DNA of 35,521 nucleotides from Euryarchaeota archaeon UBA91 (GTDB taxonomy: Archaea > Thermoplasmatota > Poseidoniia > Poseidoniales > Poseidoniaceae). Position numbers and translations under genes: made by a program. Positions 27,205 through 35,521 of this stretch are shown one piece after another (the stretch's first letter is position 1; each line of letters starts with the position of its first letter). The stretch spans positions 1 through 35,521 of the forward strand of contig DAMU01000079.1 in the NCBI GenBank assembly GCA_002499705.1. The letters are read 5' to 3'. The notes under the pieces were generated by a model. It saw only the letters and a program-made list of their open reading frames with translations, was not told the origin of the DNA and searched no databases.

Positions 27205-29237
27205 GTGTTCGGCGAGAAAAATTAGCCCTCGCTCTGGAATTGGCGAAACAACGGCTTAATCAATCCGAATCAGGTATTGACCGGGTATCGACACCTCCAA
27301 AAAAGGAAGAAAAATCTCGTTCCAAATCGAAGATGAACAGAATACTTGGGAGGGATGTCAAAGACCAACGGGGTAGCACTCTCCTGCAAAGAACAGGTGT
27401 AGCACAACGGCCAACTTTTGATTTGGTTGCTGATAATGTATTGGGCAAAGAGAGCAAACGCAGGTCTCCTGCCATCGATCTGCGTTCCACTGGCGATTCA
27501 CTCTCGGACATAGCTGCTCGAAGAATACGCTCCCTACGGCAGCGAACCTACGACCAGATCGAAGAGGTAGTCGAAGAAGAGGAAATTGGATTTTTGGGAC
27601 TTGAAGAGGATGGACGACCAATATGGGAACGTATCCTTGATGAACAACGGGGACGGGTGAGTCACGCATTGCCTGAAGAAATAGCACCCGTGGATAATTC
27701 ATCACCTTTCCATCATGATGTTGTAATTCCCGTCGAAGGACAATGGCCTACACGCTTGCGCTCAGATATTCGAATGAGTTTCAAACAATGGTTTACGACC
27801 GAAGAAAACATTCGCGCAACACAAGCCGCTGAAGCAATCGTTGATTCACCTGGGGGACAACTCAACCCAATGCTGTTTATCGGACCATCTGAAACCGGAC
27901 GCTCCCATCTTCTTCACGCCATATCTCAAGCCATTTTACGCCGCCAAGAAGGCGGTGTTTACTTACTCTCTGCAACTGATTTTTCTGGAATGGAGCGGTT
28001 ACCAATCGGTTGGCAAGATACACTGGTAAACGCTCGATTGTTGGCCATTGATGACATTCACGAATGTGCAGATAATGCAGACCTCGCTCATGAAATCGGA
28101 ACGATGCTCGATTATGCTTTGAACATGGGAGTTCATGTTTTACTTTCTTCACAATCCGAACCTGATACGTGGCCAACGTCTCGATTATGGGAATTAACGC
28201 GTCATGCAGCATCAGTAAAAATCGGGAGTCCAAAAGTCGCGAGTATGATTCTCTATGCTCGAAATTTGGCTCAGAAGAAGGGTTACATCTTTGACGATGC
28301 TCAACTCAAAAGCATTGTCTTGCAAGACAATATTGGATGGCGAGCGACAAAGGCAAACTTCGATTTAGTTGCTCTTGCCGTTGACTCAGGACAAGAGATT
28401 GTTGATGGCCAAGATGTGTATTCACTTCTTTCGAATCAATCATTGGACACTACAGAAGTTGCACCGAGCGTTCAAGAAAAGGTCGAAGATATTGCTTCCC
28501 GTCTCATTTCAACTGCTGTTGACACTGTTTACAGTGATACTGTTCATGGAGGAATCGATTTGTATTCTGAACTTCCAGAGATAGGAGATGATGCATATCA
28601 ACCTCCTGATTTGGACATCGATTCGATGAGAAAACAAGCAGATGAACGGCATGCAGCTCATCTCAAATTTGCTCTGGAGGATACGGCTCCTGCCGCATCT
28701 TCGGTCCTCGCTTTACACGAAAGAGAAGAACACCTTATCGCTAGAAAAGGAAAAATTGAGCAACGTGATTACGGGCTTGCTGCTGATGTGCTAACCGAAT
28801 TAGACGAAGCTTTTGATTCTCAAATCAATGCCTTTGAAAATGAACTTCGAGAAAGTTCAATGCAACTTGCAAACATTGAGAATAAGTTAGTGAATTTGTC
28901 TGAGCGCACCCCTGATGCATCAATGGATGAATTGATTTCAATTGCCGATGAACTACGCTCAATGGAACAGAGTCTAACCGAATTTGACCCAGAACGTGAG
29001 CCCTGGCCAGATATGGAACCAGATGAACTCTCAAAGAAATCTCGACGTAAAGTAGGTCGACGCAAATCAAATCCGAACACTGAAGCATTGGAAAGCCACG
29101 ACCCAGAAGGTGAATGGAACATTGATGCGAAAAGCGTGGATATGCTGGATCTGCTCGATGACCAAGAAGACACGAGACTGATACGCCTCGCTCGGATGAG
29201 GCAAATTACTACACTCGTCTCAGGTGAGGAAGAATGA
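27201..29237 (+). CDS. DnaA/Hda-like AAA+ domain protein with degenerate Walker A and acidic coiled-coil C-terminus
   Basis: [49 protein letters not shown]...LLAIDDIH parallels bacterial DnaA [46 protein letters not shown]...LLIDDIQ; ATGA overlaps at both ends. Confidence 0.78.
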   Translation: [678 protein letters not shown]

Positions 29238-29701
29238 GGGGCCCTTGGTGGATGAAGGGAGTTGAATTTTCCTGCCAAGAAGGGTGTGGAAGATGCTGTG
29301 ATGAACCAGGAGGAATTGTCTACCTTTCACCGCGTGATGCTGAGAGAATTTCTCAAAGCCATGAGATGAACGTCGAAGACTGGCTGGAACGAGATTGTCG
29401 ACAGACACTTGATGGGCGTTATGTATTGAAGAGCCGACCAGTTGATGATGTTTGCATTTATCTTGATGAGAACAAGCAATGCTCAATATATTCAGTACGG
29501 CCACAACAATGTGCAGCATTTCCATGGTGGGGAGAAAATCTAGCGACTGAACGTGCTTGGAAGAAAGTCAAAGAGGAATGCCCCGGGCTAACTGCAGAAG
29601 ATGCCATTGTCATCGATGGTGAGACCATTCGCATCCAGGTCTTTGCCGACCGTGAATCTACCAAGGGATTCCGTTCATGGCCAGCGTGGAATCGAAATTA
29701 G
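29234..29701 (+). CDS. YkgJ family (CxxCxxCC) cysteine cluster protein
   Basis: FSCQEGCGRCC, CIYLDENKQCSIYSVRPQQCAAFPWW, CPG; GAGGAA RBS. Confidence 0.9.
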   Translation: MRGPWWMKGVEFSCQEGCGRCCDEPGGIVYLSPRDAERISQSHEMNVEDWLERDCRQTLDGRYVLKSRPVDDVCIYLDENKQCSIYSVRPQQCAAFPWWGENLATERAWKKVKEECPGLTAEDAIVIDGETIRIQVFADRESTKGFRSWPAWNRN

Positions 29702-29802
29702 AAGCCTTCACCCCAAAACAATGAAACGGATTCGAAAATATTGATTTTAGAAGAGCCGCCTTTATACGAAAGATGTATGTGGGTGTAATCGGCGGAGATT
29801 CT

Positions 29803-30969
29803 ATGTCCAAGAACGAGGTGCTTTTGGAGGTGACTGAAAAGCACCTCAACACAGGTCTACGAGGAATTCCTGTAGGCACGTGTCGCACTTCGTTTGTCAC
29901 ACCCTCTGAAGGCGTTCACTACTGCGGCTACCCAATTGCAGAACTCGCAGCATTTGACCCTGAGGATATCGTATACCTCTTGTTTAACAAAGAATTACCG
30001 AATGAAGAGCAATCAGCGGCCATTCGCCAAGACCTATCAAATCGTGCTGCTGTTCCTGGTGACCTCGAATCTGTGCTCAAAAACCTCCCCAAATCGGGTC
30101 ATCCAATGGATTGGCTGAGCGTTGGAATCCACACTCTAGGAATGATGGAGACGACCAATAACTGGAAAGAAGATGCTCTCAATCTTATCGCACGAATGCC
30201 TCGTTTGATGGGACTCATCTTTAGAATCCGAGAAGGCCGTGGAGAAAATATCCCAAGCGATGACACTTCCCTTTCAATGGTTGAACGCTTTGTTCAATGC
30301 CTTGATTTGCCGAATGCAGATTCTGAAAAAATGAAGAAAATCATTTCTACTTATCTCGTCCTCCACATGGACCACGGGGGTGGAAATCTTTCGACTTTTA
30401 CTGGCAAGGCGATTGCATCAAGCAAGGCTACGGTCTATTCCGCTATGGCCGGTGCAATGAATGCACTGTCTGGACCACTGCATGGACGAGCAAATCAATC
30501 GTGTTTGGAATTTGTCTTGAAAGTGGGCACCAGTGACCCTGCCGAAGTTGAAGCATTCGTTCGAGCAGAACTCGCAGCGAACCGTCCAATCTTTGGATTT
30601 GGCCATGCAGTTCTTCGCTCAGAAGACCCCCGTGCTACTGTTCAATTTGAATTGGGTTCCCAAATTTGCCCTGAGGATGAAAATTTCAAGATTATTACAA
30701 CTCTTCGTGAAGTTGCACCTCGGGTATTGGCTGAAAACCCGAAAATCAGTAATCCAAATGCCAATGTCGATATCGCCAGTGGTGCACTTTTACATCATGC
30801 TGGCTTGACCGATCCAACCTACTACACTACGTTCTTTGGATGGGCTCGAGTTTCGGGAATTGGAGCACAAATCGTTGATGAAAGAAGCGTATTCCGTGAC
30901 GGGAAAGGCCTTCCAATTTACAGGCCAAAATACATCGCTGAAGGTCAAAATCTTCGCCACGTAGAATGA
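29803..30969 (+). CDS. gltA: Citrate synthase
   Basis: GLRGIPV, HPMD, HMDHGGGNLSTF, LSGPLHGRANQ, GFGHAVLR.EDPR, NVDIASG, IYRPK. Confidence 0.92.
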   Translation: MSKNEVLLEVTEKHLNTGLRGIPVGTCRTSFVTPSEGVHYCGYPIAELAAFDPEDIVYLLFNKELPNEEQSAAIRQDLSNRAAVPGDLESVLKNLPKSGHPMDWLSVGIHTLGMMETTNNWKEDALNLIARMPRLMGLIFRIREGRGENIPSDDTSLSMVERFVQCLDLPNADSEKMKKIISTYLVLHMDHGGGNLSTFTGKAIASSKATVYSAMAGAMNALSGPLHGRANQSCLEFVLKVGTSDPAEVEAFVRAELAANRPIFGFGHAVLRSEDPRATVQFELGSQICPEDENFKIITTLREVAPRVLAENPKISNPNANVDIASGALLHHAGLTDPTYYTTFFGWARVSGIGAQIVDERSVFRDGKGLPIYRPKYIAEGQNLRHVE

Positions 30970-30971
30970 CT

Positions 30972-32120
30972 TCATTTGAAGACTGGCCGAGAGGTTTTAC
31001 CTGAACCTCGATGACCAATCAATCGTATTGATTCCCACGGAGGAGATGAACCGCCTGCCTGTTCAAGAATTTGAGTTGTTGGATTTTCCCATTGCCATCT
31101 TTTCCTCCACATGTTGACTAAATCGGTTCTACGTTCATCATCGCATTCCGCCCATGGACATGTTTCAGACTTGAGTTCGCGCAAGATATCAAGATGATTT
31201 TCCTGAGTGGCGTTGTCAAGTTTCTGTTGTTGTATCGCATCTAAAGGACGAGTTCCTGGTTGAGTCCAGCGTGCATGACCAGATGGAAGCCAAGTCATAT
31301 TGGGGTCCGAACAATCCGTAAGTCCGGTTAGGCCTGCAGAAAGCAAATCATGTTCAACATGAAGAGAAGTGGGCCACACATAGATTGGGAAACCACGTTG
31401 CTGAGCGCTCAATCTTGCTGCTTTGGCTCCGTGTAAACCACCGGAAAAGCCCAGCGGAATCAAACTTTTAGGAGGCAAGAAGTACTCAATTGCACATGGA
31501 GACATCGATGCTCCGGAACGCCGGTGAGATTCAATAAGACGAGCAAGTGATGTAAAGAAAAACTGGGTTCCAGACCTCACTCTTTTGGTATAATAATTAC
31601 CAAAAGGAGGGACATAGGGAACCAATTCTGCCCAAGGTCGTTGAATTTTGGAAGACTGAACAGATGATTTCATGCCAGTATGAAAGGAGTAAAATACCGT
31701 ATTTTCAGAAGGTACTTCAAACTCTTGAAGAATCGTTTGTGTCTTTTCCATCATCATAGAAACATGTGATATGTGTTGTTTCTTACCAAAAAATCCACCT
31801 CCATACAGTGCACGAGGGTGAGGCCTCTTGAATTCGATACAACCCATCTTTCCGTTATCCACCCATTCTGAACGAAGCTGAGTATCTTCAAGTAATGAGC
31901 GAAATGAGATGAAACCTTGTGATGTTAATTCATCAAGAGTATGATTTTCAGTCCATGCAAAGGAATGCGGTTGTTTGCCTTTAGGAACTGAAATTTTAAC
32001 ATCGTGGTGGATAACTAACTCTTGGTCTTGAGTTAGACGCACATCAAACTCAATCCCGTCATTATGCTGGATGGCATGACGGAGACTTTCAAGTGTATTC
32101 TCGGGAGGCTGTTGCCACAT
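30972..32120 (-). CDS. Glycerophosphodiester phosphodiesterase family protein (apparently circularly permuted)
   Basis: Starts PENTLESL...GIEFDVRLTQD..LVIHHD, then CIEFK, YVWP, GLTD; the IGHRG motif lies at the extreme C-terminus; GAGGT RBS before the ATG at 32120. Confidence 0.82.
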   Translation of the reverse strand: MWQQPPENTLESLRHAIQHNDGIEFDVRLTQDQELVIHHDVKISVPKGKQPHSFAWTENHTLDELTSQGFISFRSLLEDTQLRSEWVDNGKMGCIEFKRPHPRALYGGGFFGKKQHISHVSMMMEKTQTILQEFEVPSENTVFYSFHTGMKSSVQSSKIQRPWAELVPYVPPFGNYYTKRVRSGTQFFFTSLARLIESHRRSGASMSPCAIEYFLPPKSLIPLGFSGGLHGAKAARLSAQQRGFPIYVWPTSLHVEHDLLSAGLTGLTDCSDPNMTWLPSGHARWTQPGTRPLDAIQQQKLDNATQENHLDILRELKSETCPWAECDDERRTDLVNMWRKRWQWENPTTQILEQAGGSSPPWESIRLIGHRGSGKTSRPVFK

Positions 32121-32236
32121 TGACCTCACTAAGCAACCCTATGGAGCGCCCCCTTCTAAGGCCTGCCATTTGGAAAGGCTGGTTTCTGTTCAAAGGAATC
32201 ATACTGGCTTATATGGCTCATCTATTCCCCGCAATT

Positions 32237-33670
32237 ATGGACCCGTATCAAATCATGATGGGGCTCATCTTACTTCTCACTCCGTTTATCTGCTGGATTT
32301 TTACTCTCCATGACACATCAATGAGAACTCCTTACAAAAAATGGTTGCAAGTGATTCATGACCAACGGTTTTACCTTCACGCATTGGGATATCTCGTCAT
32401 TATTCGATGGAAGGCACTCACGGATAGATTGAATGAGCCAATCAAAACCCAAACCGGGCACTGGACTGAAGCGGTGTATGCGTTTGAAGGAGAACTGACT
32501 TTTCATATTCAACAATTTTTCCTCAACGATACGCTGACAGCGTTTCTCAATTTCCATTACTTGTTCATTTACCTGTTTTTAATTTACGTTACAACGGTGT
32601 ATTTCGCTTACACAGGTGATAGAGATATGACAGATAAAGTCACTTTGAATTATTTACTCATTTATGCACTTGCAGTCCCCTATTATCTATTTTTTAATGT
32701 TGAAGTCACATCTTCTTGGATTCCTGGGATGGAATCCCTTCTCTATCACGAAGGATGGTATAGTGTATTTTATGCGACTCACGATCCTTTAGACAATGCC
32801 GTTCCTTCTCTCCACGTTGCTATTCCGTTTGGAATACTCCTCCTCAATTACTTACATGTAAAAGAAAAAGGTATCACTCTGAAAGAATGGCGTCACTATC
32901 GCTATCATATGTTTATTCTTGTCAATACCATTCTTTTCACATTCACGATATTATATCTTGGAATACACTGGCTCATTGACATCCCGTTGGGGATGATTAT
33001 TGGGGGAATAGGAGCGTTATTCATTCACCACTTACAACCTCGACTGAGGAATGATCATGGGAGTTTCTTCAAGGGATTCACGCCTAAAAAAATCCGCCAA
33101 CATTTGCTGGTCGAAGGAATTGTTACCTTGCTCATGCTCACGACCATCCTCATGGCAGTTCAAGTTCAAACTGAAACAGTGAACGAACGAGTCTCTTTCC
33201 AACTTGGACCGGAGGATTCACGTTTCGAAATAATTCAGAAATTTGACCCTGGCATGCAAGTCAATTCAAATGTCACGAACCTTGATGATACACTTACTAT
33301 GGAAGTTGTTCTCATCATGGTGGACCTTGCGCCTCCAATAATGGAAAACGGTTCAATAGACTGGAGTATCGCCCGAAGTCTTGGAGAGGTCCACACAGTT
33401 GGACCTGAATCGACACTCCACATACCTATCGAGTCACCAAAAGTTTTCCACTACATCATGATGCATAACCCGAGTAATTCTGATTCCGGTGATGTGATTC
33501 AAGTTCGTATCTTAAACGATTATCACGAGGACCTGATGGGGCAAGCAATATTCCTCTCATTAGCATCTTTATGGATGACTGGTTTTGTTTTTAATCGCAT
33601 ACGGAGACTGAAGAAGTATAATCGAAGATTCTACGACTCAACCCCTTCACATCTCTGGGAGCAAGAGTGA
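32237..33670 (+). CDS. PAP2/Aur1 (inositol-phosphorylceramide synthase-like) membrane phosphotransferase/phosphatase with C-terminal extracytoplasmic domain
   Basis: NAVPSLHVA and LGIHWLIDI catalytic His/Asp motifs; multiple TM segments; alternative start at 32213. Confidence 0.8.
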   Translation: MDPYQIMMGLILLLTPFICWIFTLHDTSMRTPYKKWLQVIHDQRFYLHALGYLVIIRWKALTDRLNEPIKTQTGHWTEAVYAFEGELTFHIQQFFLNDTLTAFLNFHYLFIYLFLIYVTTVYFAYTGDRDMTDKVTLNYLLIYALAVPYYLFFNVEVTSSWIPGMESLLYHEGWYSVFYATHDPLDNAVPSLHVAIPFGILLLNYLHVKEKGITLKEWRHYRYHMFILVNTILFTFTILYLGIHWLIDIPLGMIIGGIGALFIHHLQPRLRNDHGSFFKGFTPKKIRQHLLVEGIVTLLMLTTILMAVQVQTETVNERVSFQLGPEDSRFEIIQKFDPGMQVNSNVTNLDDTLTMEVVLIMVDLAPPIMENGSIDWSIARSLGEVHTVGPESTLHIPIESPKVFHYIMMHNPSNSDSGDVIQVRILNDYHEDLMGQAIFLSLASLWMTGFVFNRIRRLKKYNRRFYDSTPSHLWEQE

Positions 33671-33718
33671 CATTGACAATGAGTGTGTGTTATGAGGGTC
33701 AGCCCTCTGCATACATCA

Positions 33719-34516
33719 ATGGCAGAGGCAGAAAGGCTGGTCAATGCTGTTGATGAGTTGTTTGATTCACCCGGTGGTGAGATCCTTGCTTCACTTCGAA
33801 CATACTTAAGAATGAGAATAAAGATGCTTGCAGTGGTATTTGGTATCGGTTTCATTGCGACGTTCCCACTTACAAAACGATTCATCTCTTGGCTTATCGA
33901 TCCTGCTCGATTACCAGAGAATGTCGATATCATCGTCATCAGTCCTGTTGAGTTCATTCTGCTGCAGGTCCAACTTGCAGCTCAAGTTGGCTTGGTATGT
34001 ATGGTGATTGTATTGGTGGCAGACGGTGGTTGGCGAGCCAGTAAAAACCTGGCAGTTCGGCAACGTCTTGCGGAACTCAAAGTACAATCTCCGCGTCCGA
34101 ACAGTACACTGGTTTTGACTTTCTTCTTTGCATTTCTTCTTTTGATGAGTGGGGTTGCGTATGCGTGGAATTGGCTTATTCCAATGCTACTCGAATACTT
34201 GAGTAACGATGCGCAGGCTGCAGGATTGTCAACTGAATGGAGGCTTACGAGTTATACCGGGTTTATCTCAAATCTAGCAGTTGCTTCTGGCATCGGATTT
34301 CAAGCCCCGTTAGTCACTACCCTCATTCTTCGAATGAAAATCGTGCGCAGAACAACTGTACGCTCGTATCGCCGCCACATATGGTTCAGCGCTTTTTTGC
34401 TCGGAGCATTACTTTCACCGCCAGACCCGCTATCGCTGTTTTTGGTTGCTATGCCAGTCATTATCTTGTTTGAGGCTGCCCTGATTCTTGATTCACTCAC
34501 GCGTCAAGAGCAGTGA
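33719..34516 (+). CDS. tatC: Twin-arginine translocase subunit TatC
   Basis: SPVEFILLQ, GIGFQAPLV, YRRH, LSPPDPLSLFLVAMPVIILFE. Confidence 0.9.
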   Translation: MAEAERLVNAVDELFDSPGGEILASLRTYLRMRIKMLAVVFGIGFIATFPLTKRFISWLIDPARLPENVDIIVISPVEFILLQVQLAAQVGLVCMVIVLVADGGWRASKNLAVRQRLAELKVQSPRPNSTLVLTFFFAFLLLMSGVAYAWNWLIPMLLEYLSNDAQAAGLSTEWRLTSYTGFISNLAVASGIGFQAPLVTTLILRMKIVRRTTVRSYRRHIWFSAFLLGALLSPPDPLSLFLVAMPVIILFEAALILDSLTRQEQ

Positions 34517-35396
34517 GTGCATCTTTCAACTGAAGAGGCAACGATGCGGTTGGAACAGCCATACGCCCCGGACTTTGATTATACTTCATTCCGTGAAAAT
34601 CAGATCCGCAGGTCGTGCCAAGTGAGGCTTCTTTGGCAGCAGACCACAATTGTAATCTGTATGAATCAAGATGACTTCGATGAAAACATTCGATTGCATC
34701 AACTCCTGAATCACGGCAAAAATCCGTCAAATCACCGGTGTCCACGCAGTAGTACAACGGGTGGGCAAGAGAGGTAATTCCACCTGCAGCATGTACGGCT
34801 TCGCACGCTTCAGCGATACTCGGCTTAACACGAGTAATGTGAACAGGCTTCCCGTCACCAATCCATTTATCGAAGGCTTCTTGCCGAGTTTCAACATACC
34901 CTTGTTTGACCATCTCGTCAGCCAAGTGAGGGCGTCCCACTGAATCTCCAGCTCGAGCGAGAACTGCATCCAAATCAAGAGAGATTCCAAGTTCGTCTAA
35001 TTGCTCAACCATGGCAACCATGCGGGGAACTCTGCCTTCTCCGAGCGGGGCAAGCCATTTTTTAAAATCCAAGTGTTGCTCACTCTGAAAAACCATGTCC
35101 GGAAAATACGCTAACAGGTGCCATGAATCCGAGGCTCGTTCACGTTGATGCTTTTCCATCACCTCCACATTCGGCTCTAACCCAGGCATGCACGTCAATT
35201 CAACACCGGGAATAAAGACGATACCTTCCTCTTCAGCGGCTCTTTTCGCATCCTCCCAACCTGAAATTGTATCGTGGTCAGTGAGTGACCAAAAACGGAC
35301 ATTGGAATTTGCCATCATCCGTGCAACTTCATCAACCGAATGTTGACCATCACTGTTTGTGGAATGGCTGTGAAGGTCAAACTTTTCAGTCCACAT
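34497..35396 (-). CDS. PHP domain metal-dependent phosphoesterase (TrpH/YciV-like)
   Basis: DLHSHSTNSDG, LTDHDT, PGVELT, HLLAY, GRPHLA, LAHP, GSDFHG. Confidence 0.92.
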   Translation of the reverse strand: MWTEKFDLHSHSTNSDGQHSVDEVARMMANSNVRFWSLTDHDTISGWEDAKRAAEEEGIVFIPGVELTCMPGLEPNVEVMEKHQRERASDSWHLLAYFPDMVFQSEQHLDFKKWLAPLGEGRVPRMVAMVEQLDELGISLDLDAVLARAGDSVGRPHLADEMVKQGYVETRQEAFDKWIGDGKPVHITRVKPSIAEACEAVHAAGGITSLAHPLYYCVDTGDLTDFCRDSGVDAIECFHRSHLDSYRLQLWSAAKEASLGTTCGSDFHGMKYNQSPGRMAVPTASLPLQLKDALTALDA

Positions 35397-35440
35397 GTGA
35401 TAACCCAAGAGCCCGACCTCTATTGAACTATGGAGTTCAA

Positions 35441-35521
35441 TCAAAACAAATCATCAAGATTTGGAAGACTCGGCGCTGAAGGTATTTCAACGGTTTTAGG
35501 AGATTCTTGGCTCAATAAATC
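35441..35521 (-). CDS. C-terminal fragment of a hypothetical protein entering from the right edge
   Basis: Reverse frame reads DLLSQESPKTVEIPSAPSLPNLDDLF*, with the stop at 35441-35443. Confidence 0.45.
   Translation of the reverse strand, partial: DLLSQESPKTVEIPSAPSLPNLDDLF

Noticed and set aside
27201-29237. Calling this gene dnaA (true replication initiator)
   Set aside because: Walker A lysine and arginine finger are missing, there is no domain IV signature or dnaN context, and the host appears archaeal.
28820-29278. 152-aa Ser-rich minus-strand ORF
   Set aside because: Antisense to the Glu/Asp-rich tail of the DnaA-like gene; the Ser richness is a codon mirror effect.
1-35521. Mobile elements, prophage or defence systems
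   Set aside because: No integrase, transposase, cas, restriction-modification or phage structural motifs recognised; the content is core-like.

Overview
Gene-dense archaeal chromosomal segment with about 33 CDS. The marker set (archaeosine tRNA-guanine transglycosylase TgtA, CTP-dependent riboflavin kinase, DRG GTPase, archaeal-type NMN adenylyltransferase, a DUF835 domain, GGTGA/GGAG ribosome-binding sites), mixed with bacterial-type genes (complete sufCBDSE+sufT, grpE, kbl), suggests a marine Thermoplasmatota such as Marine Group II/Ca. Poseidoniales. This assignment is inferred, not computed. Contents in order: partial radical SAM gene, pdxT, class-V aminotransferase, nadM, a small Lys/Ala-rich ORF, grpE, DRG GTPase, SUF Fe-S operon with a divergent NifU/Nfu-type gene, tgtA, a five-gene ABC-2 exporter operon ending in a CrtC/tocopherol-cyclase-like gene, bPH_2 and TPR-like proteins, truA, ribK, kbl, two membrane ORFs, a translationally coupled three-gene operon (DUF2226-like/DUF835 protein, DnaA-like AAA+ protein, YkgJ Cys-cluster protein), citrate synthase, GDPD, Aur1/PAP2-like phosphotransferase, tatC and a PHP hydrolase. 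I saw no rRNA, tRNA, CRISPR array or mobile element. The best candidate for an undescribed system is the 25204-29701 operon, where an archaeon encodes a bacterial-DnaA-like ATPase domain with degenerate catalytic motifs and no visible DNA-binding domain, coupled to a KaiC-like DUF835 protein and a Cys-cluster protein. Other oddities are a circularly permuted GDPD, a TgtA lacking its zinc ligands, and an ABC permease carrying a Ca-binding-type acidic loop. All homology calls come from motif recognition by eye.
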